The notes beneath the pieces are model-generated. The model worked only from the letters and a program-made list of their open reading frames with translations. It was not told the origin of the DNA and searched no databases. A DNA stretch of 64,000 nucleotides from Diadema antillarum (lineage: Eukaryota), in the NCBI RefSeq assembly GCF_040938485.1, contig NW_027271504.1, positions 2,418,001-2,482,000 of the forward strand. The letters run 5' to 3'. The position numbers were made by a program, and so were the translations under genes. Below, in pieces: positions 1-14,000 of this stretch (the stretch's first letter is position 1; the number at the start of each line of letters is the position of its first letter).

Positions 1-71
1 AGGGTAAGTCTCTGCAATGAACCTAACCTGAGTCCCATCTTTCCCTTGTGACTCTTTTGCATCGTGTCCAG

Positions 72-3000
72 CTGAATCTGTCGGAGGTGATCACACGCAC
101 CCGTCAGATGTTCCTGAGGATGATGGGTGAGGAGGAGGACCAGCACGTCGACCTCCTGTCTCACCTCCTGACCCGGGACCGCTTCGTCTCCGAGCTGGAA
201 TTCATGGGCATCACCTCGCGGGACGAGTGTGGACAGTGGTTCACGTGGGTCGACGCCGACAAAGATGGGTGAGTGGTGCAGATCCTTGAATTGAATTGAA
301 TTGAATTCCACATCATGGGGTGAAACACCCTGACTAGCAGAGTTGCATGGTTTTCATAGGGGTCCGTGACTTTCCTTTCAGGAAGGGGAAAGGGGCAAAG
401 ATCAATGTGATGAAATGTACCAGCCAATGCTATCCATCTCCTATGATACGGCCCATTTCAGCTTGTCCATCAGAATTCATTGTAAGAGATGGTTGCGTGA
501 ACTCTGAGCATCTAGGTCAGTGCTGCAATCTTGTACTCATCTGTTTTTTGTTTTTTTTTCATGTCACCAGTTCTATTTGAATACCACAAAGTTTTTGTAT
601 TGACTCAATTTTCCCTTTTTGACGAGTGATGATTGACAATGACTATGAGCCTGTGATACATTGGCAGAAGGTCTTTGTATCTTTATGTGTGTGTGTCTGC
701 ACTTACCCATGGTGGAAAATGAGGACATACACATGAACTTTACATTTAAACCAAGGACACCCAGTGAACCGAAGACGTCCTCGCTTCACAGACCGTTCCA
801 GACAGTGCTTTTGTATGTTTGTAGGTCCTCGATTAACATTACTGTAATAAGTCCGCGGTTGTATGCTAATATACGAATGAGTCCTCGGTGGACCAGATTC
901 ATGTCTTCGATTTCCACCATAGATGCGTATATGTGTGTGTGTGTGTGTGTGTGTGCGCGTATGTCTGTTCATGTCTTTTTGTGTGTGTGTCTGTATGTGT
1001 GTGTGCATATGTGTATTCACAATGACAGATGGTCTCTGTCTTTACTGTCTGTCACAAACACAGTTTTACTTGCTGTATTGTGTTTACATACTGCCATCTA
1101 TATTTCACATCTTAGTGATCTGTTTAGTAAGAGTTGATATCTGAAGGGCATGTGAAGTTGGGACAAAGGGAAAGGTAGACAGTACGGCAATACTGCTACC
1201 GTTCTCTTGGAACACAGTAAAAACCCATATAGGGCATGTGATCCCCTGTTGTGTGATGTCATGCAGGAGAAAGCTCTGTCATGTGTGTGTGTGTCTTTTC
1301 TGTCTGTGTACCAGTGTGTGATAAGCTCTGTTGTTATGCAAGGAAGTGTGTACATACCAGCTATACTGACATATTACCATTTAAGCAGTATAGCTGCAGA
1401 CTGGAAGAATGGATAGTACAAAATAGATTGACCTCTAAAGGATGGCTGAGAGAGATTAATATACCAGTATTAGATCAAGATTAAAATGAAGAGACTGGTT
1501 AAGAGTCTAGCAGATTGTAGTGAAAGCTGGGTGATACTTTGATGAAGCAGTTGTTTACATTTTTAGATGCACTGGAATGTACATTTAAGAGCAAAGATGT
1601 CTATTTCATGTACAAATGTATAATGGGTATATGGCATAGATATATCTTTGCTGGGGTGATAGAACCTTGTATCTCAAATTTTGGTGAAAATCACTCTTCT
1701 GGATTTATTGTCAGATAATCAGTTGAGTAATGTCCTGTCTAAATCTTTGATAGCAGTCTTACCCCCCCCCCCCCAAAAAAAAAAAGCCACCTTGGCATGT
1801 CAAAGAAAAGGCGATCCCATTTCACAAAGCGCTTTTGGCTGCCATGTTTTTTTGCTCTCCTGAACATTTGACATTGTTGAGATACAGGGTTTTGTCACCC
1901 CAACAGTGATATTGTTGTGTATTGGGACAAGTTTATTAGTTTACAGAAGTATATTCAATGAAGTATCATGGCAGACAGTTAAGTATATTTTGGAGAGCAT
2001 TGTGAGAGGTGTTTGGGAGCGATCTCCTCTCTTTGAGCTGCAGATTGCAAGTCCTTTCCAATGATACGTTTCTCTTCATACATTAAATGATACACATTGG
2101 TTGACATACATTGTACTATGAAAGGGTGAATGGGGTGGAGTCTTCATATTAAGTAAGGGTTTCCAATTGAGCAAAACTCTAGTTGTAATAGAAACAAAGG
2201 TGGGACTGGTTTTAGAAAAGAGGTAGTATTCTTGGATTTAGATTCATCAACAATTCTAAGTAACTGATGGGGAAAGGGCAGGATGTTTGGGTTTGACTCA
2301 ACCTGGTTATGAATTAGATGGCTAGATGTACAAGACTTTTGTATACTGCAGGGATGATAAAGGTCGTATGACTCACTGGAGGTGGAGCAGTATTGGTAGG
2401 GGTCATTGACTGGCTGGAAGTGAAGTGACATATTCGGTCATCATAGTGGATTGGAAGGGGATAGTGACTACTTTGTGTATCATTACACAACAATCTGATT
2501 AACAGATGTAGCGCTTCCCATGCTTACTTTTTGAGGTGTAAATTGGCCATCAAAATCAGGATCAGACAGGGGAAATGTGAATGCATACATGGAGCTGTCA
2601 TTTACACACATTTAAGTTTGAAGATGTTGTGGTTTATCACATTATAGTCATTCTTGCATCACCAAGTATTTTTGTGTTTTTCGATGTCAGTTTTGAAATT
2701 GTTGTGCCTTTTAGCTGTGTGAAGCAGTATGCCAAGACATTCTTGCAGCATTATGAACATGGTAGAATTGTATGTTCTTAATTCTGTTTGTTTCTTTTTT
2801 ATTATTGTCTTTTTAGCTGCATTGACCTGCTAGACTGGGAGTGCCTTGTCCAGCCTGACCTCAAGCTGTCTAAGATCCTCAAGGCTCCAAGACTAGAGGT
2901 ATGAGGAACTTAAAAGTGCACACTGTTTGGGGGAGGGGTCCACAATCATGTTAAGGTTGACTTTAATGAGTGAGTAATATCATGCATTTTCAGACTTTCT

Positions 3001-6000
3001 CATGCTGTGATGAAGTACTGGTAGTGATAACAGTCACATGTTACAGTTGGGACGATGGGATGACATCATCACCTCAGATATCTCTTGCAGCTTCATAAGA
3101 CAGAACTATTCTTATGGAGTGAGTTCCCTTTGAAGTTTGCCTGATGTGTTTTATCTAGGCATACTGTTGTTGGTGAGCATGGTGGTTGGAAAGAGGAGAT
3201 TCTCAAAGGACATGTGTTTGATAGACGACATAGTTTGACAGGATGACCTGTAGGGTAAAGAAATTACAATATTAGATTCACAAGAATGATCCAACACTCA
3301 GCTGATCAGTGATCAAAGTATCCCATTGAGAAAGATATCTTTGAAGTGTTCCATAAAGTGGAAAGAATGCAAAGGATTGTGCTGACTCTTTTATTGAAAG
3401 TCTTTTAGGTAATTTGATATCAACTTGTCAACTTGATGTGTATGTGTTTGTAGATAAATAAATAAATAAATGAATGAATAAATGAACAAATAAAAAAATA
3501 TATAGTTATCATCATCATCATCATCATCTGGAGAGCATAGAACTACTGCCAACATTTTTTTGGGTGCTAACAAATGGACCCAGAAGGGCTGCCAACATGA
3601 ATGGAAGGGAGGGGACGACAGATGCCGATTCTCCAGGCATAGTAATCCAAACCTTGTTTGTGTTATTTTTTTTTGTTTTTTCAATAATTCAGGGAGACAA
3701 ACTAGAGCTCCTCCAGTTCACCCTGACAGAGGAGGAGGAACAGCAGATGAAGAGGATGCTGCAGAGGGTCAACGAACTTGCAAAGGTAAATGAACTTTTC
3801 CAAATGTTCATCCTACGATCCTGAAGAGGGCCTTCCCATGTTGTACACTTATCTACTCCTACCCCATTTCCTTCAGAGAGGGAACACGAATGTCATCCAA
3901 TACTTCAATAATTTCCACACTTCAGGGAGTGACTCTCTAATTCATTGAAGCTCCTGTCATTGATGGTATATATAAAAAGAATAGGAAAAAAAATTATATT
4001 TAATGGATAACCATTAACTTCAGATTTCAATTAAAATATTAATTTATTTCATAGTGTGCTCGAGACCAGAATGTCCGTCTGATGGTGGATGCGGAGCAGA
4101 CCTACTTCCAGCCAGCCATCAGCCGCCTTACCATGGAGATGATGCGGAAGTTCAACAAGAGCAATCCCATCATCTTCAACACCTACCAGTGCTATCTCAA
4201 GGTAGGCCGCATGCCACACCCGTTACTTACTACTGGTACTCCATTCTTTGTGATCATGTTGTAGATGACATGTGTTGTCTGTTGATATTTCTGAAATCAT
4301 ACAGCTTTGTGTTGTGACTATTTGTCATACTTTGCTGACTGTCTTGCATCATTGTAATGGCCTCACAGTGGTTAAAATCTTCAAAAGACACATACAACTT
4401 GCCCCTTGGATGCCATGTTTGTAAAATGCTTTCCTAGGTACACAGTTTGGTTATCAGGACAATCTGTGATGTGAAAACAAAACCAAACCATATTTAATGA
4501 GATGGCCAAAGTACTCTGTTGACAGAGATATAATGGATGGAGACAAATTTCAGTTGTCAACATCAACAGAGCTACCAACACTCCAAGATTTGCATTTTGT
4601 GTGAACTCGATATGAAGACCAAATTCAGATCTGTATAGAAAATAAATATTGTACGGAAATTGGTCTTCACATCTTTGTGTAATGGCATTATTGATTTCAT
4701 AATGGGAGGAACTAAATCACTTCAAAATCAAAGAGGAATCATTAAGATATAAATTTGTTATTTGTTTATTTGCATATTTTATCATTCATTTGTATTTATG
4801 AACTTTCATATTTATCATTTATTTATCATTCACTATTTTTGTTTTTATTGGTAGAATATATCCCAAAATCTTGTCAAGAGGCCTACTTGGTTCATTGGTT
4901 TCACTTAACATGATTTTTCAAACACCTCTTGTGACCCACCAGCAAACATACAACACCATGTGTGTCGACTTGGAGCTAGCCCGGAGGGAGGACTTCTACT
5001 TTGGTGCCAAGCTTGTACGCGGCGCCTACATGGACCAGGAGCGCAAGAGGGCGGCAGACATCGGCTACGAGGACCCTGTCAACCCGACGTACGATGCCAC
5101 CAACGAGAGCTACACACGCTGCCTGGATTCGGTGCTGGATCTGATCCAGGCCGGTCGCAAGATCAACATAATGGTGGCCTCGCACAATGAGGACACTGTT
5201 CAGCACACAGTTCAAAGGTCAGTGGGACTTTTAACCATTATCATATTTGTACAAAATGGTAGGCTTCAAATCACAGTTGTAGGTCATCAATTTAGCAGCC
5301 ATAAGACTCCCTGCGAAAATTAAATCAGCGATGCTGAATAATTATAACTCTAGCATGGTTTAGTGCCAAGAATATAAATTCTCCTTTTTGAAGTCATTAA
5401 CCCCTATTTAACTGGGCTATTTGAGACCAAGTTTTTACTGAGGAGGGGTCAATTTGATCCCCCCTTCAGATCTCGGCTGCTGATGGTGCGATTGCCGCAA
5501 AATTTTGCCTGAATATAGAGCCGGATGTCAACCACAAGATTACATGGTCATACAATACAAAAATATTAATTTTCTATTTTTAGTAAATTAATTACGCAAA
5601 ATTATGCAAGAAATCATATTTTCCCCTGTAACTCCAATAAAAAGACTGAAGGATTGCTAAATTTATGTGTCAGAATTCCTCAAGACACATTAAACAATTA
5701 TCTTGTAAAAAATTAAAAGATGAATTTTCGCGTGCATTCTAATTTTGCGAATTTTTCAAGCGCCAAGATTCGCGAAATTAAAATGCACGCGAAATTTCTT
5801 GTTTACACCATATGCATTGAATGCCAGTGGTAATTTGCGAAAATTTCATGCCACGAAAAAGGCCGTCAGTTCCAATTCGCGAAAATTTCGTGCCGCGAAT
5901 ATATCATGTTTTACAGTATGCAAAACATTACATAACATCAGAACGGTGTACCTGGACGTCACAAATTTGGTCTCAAAATGTGCGGGAGACTTCAATGAAA

Positions 6001-7972
6001 AAAGTCATGAAACGACGCGACAAAATCTTTGCGCGTTGCAGAATCGTGGCGCGAAACGTCGAGGGGTGGGGTCAATTTGACCCCCCCAGTTAAAACAGGG
6101 TTAAGCACATAAATAAATGATAGGAAAGTTTGTGTTCAGTCTTTTGGGACTGTTGTTAGCCAATGACATCACTATCTCATCTGATATGCATACAATTGTA
6201 TGATTATGATTATGACTTGTATCCCTGATTTTTTAAACATGTGAAAGACTAAACAATCCCTAAAGTTCCCACCTTATGTCTTATCTGAATGAAATCTACA
6301 CTGTTCTATGTGATTTTACATAATCAATATGCACTTCGAGTAGAGCTCACTTTAACGACTAGGCATCAATGACAAAATCCCTTATGCATTGATATTGATC
6401 AGACCTTTTTCTGTTACTTCCTTCATTTAAAGAATTTAGCTGTATTGGAATCCGTAAAGACTTATGAATGATTTCTCTTTGATGCTCTATGAAAAAAAAC
6501 CATAACAAACTTCACACAGCTGTCTCATAGACAAAAGAAAAGATGCTTTTAAAAACTGAAATCAATTCTGATTTAAGACACTGATGCAGCATGCATTATG
6601 TGTACACAGCATGCTTTGCCTTATGCAGGCTCTCATGTACCAAGAGTATCAGGTGTGATAGATATAGTGCAATTTAATTGTATGTTATTGTTGTTGTTGT
6701 TATGCTGCAGAGGCAGCAGTTTTACCCTTCTTTTTGTTTGTTGTTTGTTACAGGATGCAAGATTTAGACATTGGTCCCAGGGATAGGCTGGTGTACTTTG
6801 GCCAGCTTCTTGGGATGTGTGACCAGGTGTCTTTTCCATTAGGTGAGCTCTAGACAACCTTTAACAACCTCCATTCACTATCATTAAAAGAAAGAGAGCA
6901 CTCTGCCATGTCTGTTGAATCATGGATCCAACTTAACATGTACACGAGCACAATTGTGCAGTCTGTAGACTATGCAGCTAGCATAGTGTTTCTTCGTGTC
7001 GCATACATTGAGTTTATTCTATTGGAGTGTCATTCTGGACAGGTGTTGAATCTGTGCAAAGCCCTTGGGACTAGTGAGCTTCCCCAGGTTTTGCAGAGAG
7101 TTCTGCAAGCAGATTACTGTATGCGCCGAATATTTCGTGAGGTTTTTATTTTCGTGAATTTCACGAGTCAGCTGCTATTCGCGAAATTAAAAACACGCGA
7201 AAATATTGACTCTGATGCCAATATGAATGTAACGTACGCGTACACATTTCTCCGTTCAGTACAGGAATCCAAGATCGCGAATTTAACCCCCCCCCCCCCC
7301 CCCTGTAATTGTTATGGCAGCAACTTGTATGTTTCCAAAAGGTTGATTGTCTGCAGGCTGCCACTCATAGTATCTCTAGTTATTACAGCTTACAATGACT
7401 GCACATCTGTCTGTGAAACATGCATACGTTGTCTAATAAATAGATGTGACATGTGTTTGTTAATATCTTTTATGTAGTCGGCAAGGCATTGCGTTTTTAT
7501 AGTGAATGAAAGGTTGATTATACATGTAAATGTATTTGTCATGTGAAGGAAAAGATCTAGTCAAATATCAAATCCATCATATATTTACCTTATGGTCCAA
7601 CCAAGTTCTGACTACTACATATAAAAAAAAAAAGGTTCTGATGTCAAAAAAAGCAAAAGGAAGTCGTATCAAGTTTGAACAGACTTTGTAGTCATGACAT
7701 GTTAGATGTTTTGTCAAAGTGTAGTGGTGTTCACTGAACTTGAAAGTGAGTTTCCCTTCTGTTCTTCCGTTTCGTCCCCATCAACAGGAGAGATGGGCTA
7801 TGCGGTCTACAAGTATGTCCCGTACGGCCCAGTGGACGATGTGCTGCCGTACCTGTCGCGACGGGCACAGGAGAACAGCGGGATGCTTCAAGGGGTGACG
7901 CGGGAGCGCGAGCTGCTCTGGCAGGAGCTGAAGAGGCGTGTCAGGCAGGGGGAGGTGCTCCACCGACCGTGA
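72..7972 (+). CDS. PRODH: Proline dehydrogenase (proline oxidase), mitochondrial; 5'-partial, last 7 full coding exons
   Basis: Exons 72-268, 2817-2898, 3693-3785, 4055-4201, 4943-5217, 6754-6842, 7788-7972(TGA). All are GT-AG with matching phases, and positions 1-3 are the tail of an upstream exon. The translation contains PRODH hallmarks [65 protein letters not shown] and [23 protein letters not shown]. Confidence 0.97.
5401..6100. mobile_element. piggyBac-like non-autonomous element in a PRODH intron
   Basis: TTAA at 5397-5400 and 6101-6104. Termini are CCCCTATTTAACTGGG and CCCAGTTAAAACAGGG (imperfect TIR), and a GGGGTCAATTTGA subterminal motif occurs near both ends. Confidence 0.75.
5703..5916. 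mobile_element. ~210 bp CTGTAAAA-type MITE nested in the piggyBac-like element
   Basis: Shares CGCGAAATTAAAATGCACGCGAAA and a TGTTTTACAGTA end with the copy at 24017-24224. The left boundary is approximate. Confidence 0.65.
7117..7300. mobile_element. TA-flanked CTGTA-type MITE (partial); related copy at ~32680-32920
   Basis: Starts TACTGTATGCGCCGAATATTTCG. Internal TTCGCGAAATTAAAAACACGCGAAAATATTGA and ACATTTCTCC(G/A)TTCAGT motifs are shared with the 32.7 kb copy. Confidence 0.55.
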
Positions 7973-10842
7973 TCGTCTCCATGGCGACAGCCACAACCTC
8001 TTCCTCCTTCCGTGCATCGTCTCAACCGGTGATGGAGTATGCCAGTCACAAGAATTTGTGGCTCATTTATTCTTCAAAATTAGTGGGTCTTGAGTGATGG
8101 AGGGACTTTTAAAACGTGTTTGGGCCAACTTTCCACCTGACCTCTAGCTGGTGGAACTCTCACAAGAATTATTTCTGGTTAGAAAGATTGACTTGCTTTT
8201 ACTTCCTTTGAACTTGTAGAAGACAACAGCATATCAATATTGGACACCATGCAACTTCTTGAGAATGAATATTTTTGTAGATAAATTATTGATACTACGG
8301 CTGTAATTCATTTACAATTTCTGTTTTTTATGTTGCACATAACCTCAACTGATGCATTGGCCTTTCTGCAGTGTGCTGAAGTCTGGAACGTGAATATGGC
8401 ACTAGTTTTCTTGGTTTGATGGATGTGCAGTGAAAGATATTCACAGTATTTTTTTTTTAATTAGTATTATTCTGGGAGGTTACCAACTATTATCAAAGTG
8501 GAGTTATATGGCAATAATGCATATTGTTTGCCTTGACAAAGTTGAAAGTTTTTTGGCTCTATATTGTTATGAATCTCATCATACTGTCAGTCTACGCTCT
8601 AGCTATGAAACAAACAAAAAAATGTGTGAAAGTTTGAATTATCACCTTTAAATGAGGCTTTAACGTTGAAGACTGCATATGGAATCGTGATGTTTTAGCC
8701 ATTTGTTATTATATTCATATCACTGTTATGTATAGTGACAAAGTCTATGAGAATATTTTGACTTTATTCCTGGCGTTCCATGTGTATGTGTGTGCAGACC
8801 AAGGTGCTTTACCCTTGTTATATTTATCCTCTTGAAGTGGTATGTTGATATTCTTTTTTACTGTGAAGGAACCCAATAATTATTCTATCATAATGTGTAT
8901 TTTTTTAGTGATAAGATAATTTATTTGTGAGGTATGTCATGTGTGAGCTTGCATGTACTGAAAGTGGATGTGAACTAATAGCAATGTATGATACTTGAAT
9001 GTTCATTATGTGCCTGTATACACGCACTGAGACTTTTTTAAAGGACTTATTTATCCATATAACTCATAAAGTTCACAAAAGCTCTGTAGAACTTGAGGAG
9101 AAAATGTTTAACATGCTATTGAATATTTTCAGTGTGTGTTGACAGTGTTGACTGTGTATAGCAAGCTGTAACACTTATTCTCTCCCATGCTGTGCTGAGA
9201 TAAGCATTGTTGAACTAGATAGGCATGGATAACTTTGTTATTGCTAATCTCCCGGCATTTTATTGGTTGCATGACCTCAAACTGCAGTCACGCTGTGTTG
9301 GGCATAGGACAGCTGACCACAGCAATACTAATCATGTCAGCACCCCTTCACGGAGGGCGTAGTTCAGCACAATTTTGTAATGTAAGACTGAGCAATATTA
9401 GTGAATTTGACGACCAAAGATGACAAGTTTTGTTGGTGGAACAAAAGTGGTTTTCAGTCATATTCCCAAAAAGTCCTGATATATTAGATTAATGTGCAAT
9501 AAGGAATAATTGTCAGATGTACAGGTAACCTCTATGGACTAATGTTTGACTTGCTATAAGTGTGGAAAGTTTTGCACTCATACTAACATTAACACTTCCT
9601 GCTGGGCCAATGTTAGTGAACTTTGCTTCCTTTATGCCTTAGGCATTATTATTTACTTTGCATTGGGATAGAAAATTCATGCAAATTTTACTACCTCCAA
9701 GAATCCATGCTGACAGTGTTTGTGAGTGAAGACCCACCGAGCTGAACAGACATGTGTCCGGGTATTATATTTAATCCTATAGTTCATTTCTCTTTCAGTG
9801 TTCTCTTATGCTGTTCAAGCCAATGGCTCTGTAAAGCTCATCCAGTTCTCCATGTTGTGATGGGTTTGTTTTCAATTAGGTTTAGTTATTGAATTTTCAT
9901 AGTTGAATAGTATTTCAAAACAAGCTCAAGTGAGTTTTGCTGACTTCTAATATTTGCAGTGAATGGACATTGATAACAAGGAGACTTTCATTTCTGAATT
10001 CTCACAGTGACTGTAGGCCCACATGCTATTAAATCTACTATGACACTTTGCATATTGTTTTAACCCTGCATATTTTTCAGATATGTTGGATTGTGGATGA
10101 CATGTATATATCTGTCATTGTGGGTGTAGATGGAAGTACCTGAAAATGTCAGTTTCTAAAGCCCAGTGCATGATCCATCAAAAAAGACAAAAGGGACTCA
10201 CTGTGAGCAGTATTTATCATAATTATTCACTACTTTGTAGTAGTATATTGCACACATGTAGAGTGACACTGAAGGCTTATGTGAAAATGTTCACCTGTAG
10301 GCCTACTACATTATAGTGTACATAACTATGGGTGATATTGCTGTATACGATATTTGTGGTCCTCCGTAGTGTTTGTTGTTGTTGTTGGGTTTTTTTTTTT
10401 TCATTTTTTTAAGCATTCAAGTGGCAAAAAAAAAAAAATTAGAAGAAGAAAACCAAAAAGAGATTCCTGCGTTTATACTGTCGGTGTGATAGTTTCTATG
10501 CTCTAATGTCCTTGATAATATTCTCTGTATTCAAGTGAGTGCAAGAAGGGAATATTTAAAGAACCTTTTTAGCCCCATTTCTGTCAAGAGCACCTGAGCT
10601 TTTGAGGCAACAGGAGTAACATGCCTTGAATTATTTATATATTTGTCTCTCACTAATGTTCACTTACAACAGCATGTGTAGTTCTGATATAGTTGGAAAG
10701 GTCATTGTTTTGTTATATTTTCCGAAAGGAGAAACAGGGTTTTTGTTTTTATGTACTAAATGTCAGGAAACACTTTTTTTGTTGTTATTTGAATCTCTAG
10801 ACTGGTCAGTAGCACCCATAGCCTCAGAGAACATTACAATTA

Positions 10843-11007
10843 CAGTGCACTCCCTTTATAATGCAGTTTGTTACAATGAAGTCAAAATTGAGATTCCAAA
10901 ATGATCGTCTGTATTATACATACGTGATTGTTCAGCTGTGATGAAATTTCGAGATGACAAAATAATTCCAATGGTGCCGAGGACTTTGTTATTACAGGAG
11001 TGCACTG
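10843..11007. mobile_element. Tigger/pogo-like MITE
   Basis: TA|CAGTGCACTCC...GGAGTGCACTG|TA terminal inverted repeats. Confidence 0.75.
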
Positions 11008-14000
11008 TATCAGTTTTATTGTCTTCTTACCAATGTAAATCAAACTTAACTGTGTATGAATTGGAGGGATATGGTTCAGTACTACCAGTTTATTCCACAA
11101 CAACAACAAAGAATGTATTCATTGTCCATGAGAGGGAGGCGCATTATAAGCATTCTGAACCAGCAATAGGTCTCTGCTGTGTGTTTGCTTGAGCAGTAGT
11201 ACATAATTTCTATATCTTTGTAGAAACAACCCTAGATAACAAGTACAGTATTCCTGTCATGTAATTTACTAGTGTGTATCTGCACATATATCTCTCTCCT
11301 TCTCTCCAATCTACAGCAACTAAGAAATGACCCCACAAAATAAGGGGGGGGGGGGGGGGAAGAGTTTGAAAGGGAATTCCGTGGTCCAATAAATATGTGT
11401 ACCTCTACACCGGTGATATCAAAACAATGTTTGAATACACACTGTGTTGTGTTCTATAGTTATATAATTTTTTTCAGGCTGATCTTATATGTCAAAATCT
11501 ATCGCTTAGCCATGAAGATGCCATTTTGTCTTCTGTGCTTTGTGCGATTAGTTTTAAGAGCTAACATGGTCAGAGGTCCTACTATGTTGTTTACACTCTC
11601 CCCGCTTGGTTGATCTCTCACCTTTTTTTCCTTTTTGCCTTATAAAGGTAGGCATGCACTAACTCTTCTTCTCCCATTAATCTGTTGATGCTAACTTACA
11701 TTTCTTGGTGTAATAGTCCAGAGCAAAGCATTCACAAGTTTTGACTTGTTGACAAGTTGAGTTTCTCATGGCATTTGTTATTCTTAGCCTTATCTTTCTC
11801 AGAAGTTGGTATGATTATCATCTTCCCCTGCAATATGTAACAGTGACATGTAGTGGAGTTTTGAGTGTGTTGTACAAGTATATTATGTTTGTATATTTAA
11901 TCATAAGTGTCAAAAGTCATAAGTAAACAGAATCTCATCTTGTGTATATCAGTCTCTGACAAACCAAGTGAGGAAAATGTGTGTTTGTAATGTCCAGTTT
12001 GTAAAGGGCCCCCGAAGGCACAACTGATTTGTGTTTTGTATGTAATAGATGCATCCACATGTGTATCAAGTGATTTGCAATGTGGTGTTCATGGTACACC
12101 ATATAGATGTTGAATTTGAACATTTATTTTCCCCCCTCATTTCTCATGTGGAACTCAAAATTTGGAGGAGAGTGTGCTCTACCATAAAAGTAAATCTTTA
12201 CCCACTTTTTGTGACATATGCATACTTTAAAACTTGAATGGTTTGGAATGCTCATGTGATAGAGTCTCCTTTCTTGATAGGAAGAAAGTAAAGTTTTTGT
12301 TGATGTTGTTGCACAAGTTATGGTATATGTTTTTAGGGAAGCCCTTTGTTAATGTATATGGATATACATGTCTGATTTGAAAGGTGTGGATTTTAAGTGC
12401 TTCCTGACTTTCAGTTGATGTCATTGATATGAGTTTGGTACATTTTTAGGCATCAAGTTTGTACATCTGCAGTGTGCTATGATCTGAAAGAGACATGGTT
12501 TGGGTTTGTTGACTTTCAGAATGTGCAGTGAAAGAGATCTGCAAAATTGTGTGTGTATTGTTTTTTTTTTTCTTCTTTTTCCATGAAGATACCAACAGTG
12601 TTCATATTTGGTAAAATGGACTGTTGTCATTTCCTTTTGACGGCAGTTGCCATCTTCTGCAAGTACAGTACAAATGTATGATGTAATTAGTCATGATTAG
12701 TGTCCATTGTACACATTGGCTATAGATTTTTAAAAAAAAATAGGACTCTGGCTGTAGATTAAACAAAAATAGGGGGAAAGGGTTAAAATGTCATCAATAA
12801 AAGAGGCTAGGCTGAATGATAAGTGATTATGTCGTATTCACTTATTCATGCTGACTTTGACGGAGTGATCAGCTGTATAATGTATTAAAGGGATGTGTTA
12901 TCCTCTTCAGTGGCTCCACTAGTTGGTGACAATGCTACTAGTATGCTAGTCCACTGACTGAAATGTCTTTTTGCTGCTGTACTGGGTGGTATAAGAAAGA
13001 ATAGAGCAGTTGCCATCTCTGACAGCGTAGTATGTGGAAACCTCCGTTTCGGGGCAGCAGGCTCATGGACATATGATGACCTGAGGTGTACTCACAATGA
13101 CAGGTCATGTGCAGATGGTTGGGGTTGTGAATTATAGAAACATCCAGAATCTGGACTATCGGCATACCGGCACTCTTTCGGCTGTCCGTCATGCAGAATT
13201 TGCTGCTGAAGCAACTGCATGTGAAGGCCTCCAGGATTTATCATGAAATACTAACTGTTACCAAGGAGCTTGTGTTTGAAGCTACTTGCTGTTACTGATA
13301 TCTGCAAGGTACTGTAAAACCAGAAACATTTGAAGAGTTTATTTGCAAAAACCGATAAGTCCATATTTGCCAAATGGAGATATTTGCGATTAAAGGTCAA
13401 GAAAAATAAAGAGAATAATAAGAAAATTTGTGTTTCTTTTGACCATAACTTTAAAAATGTACCTTTATATGTAGTGACCAGTATATCATTTAAAAGGTAT
13501 TTTTTTGTACTTTATGACAGAGACAGTACTTCAAAATCTTCAAAAATGGACTTATTGGTTTTTGCGAACAAACTCTTCATATCGGAGAAAAGGGAACTGT
13601 GGTCTTTTCTTTTCCTGTTCAAGTAAAGTCATCCGTATGTGTCAGGGTAGACATCAGGGTGAGTGACCATTAAAGTGAATGATGCAATGGCTTAAACGTA
13701 TGTTAGTTGTCCTGCCAAGCTACCTTGATCAGATGACTGGTTCTATTAATTTCATGTTATTCCTCTGCAAAAAGATATGTGTAACCTATGAGCATACTTT
13801 TTTTCTTTGTTTCTAGTATCAAACTGCTAGCCAAGGACACTTGGTATATATGTTACAATGTAATTTTCAGATTTCTTGATATGTCGTGTTGATCTGGCTG
13901 ATGATCTTAAGTGACATTTGATATGTAAGTTTAAAGAAAAAGAAGAAGAAATTGTACTGGTTTGTACAGCTAGTGGATGGTGTATTTTGTAGCTACTGTG

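Noticed and set aside
661-1484. ORFs of 67-158 aa rich in CVCV or HTHT
   Set aside because: Translations of (GT)n/(CA)n microsatellite-rich intron sequence inside PRODH.
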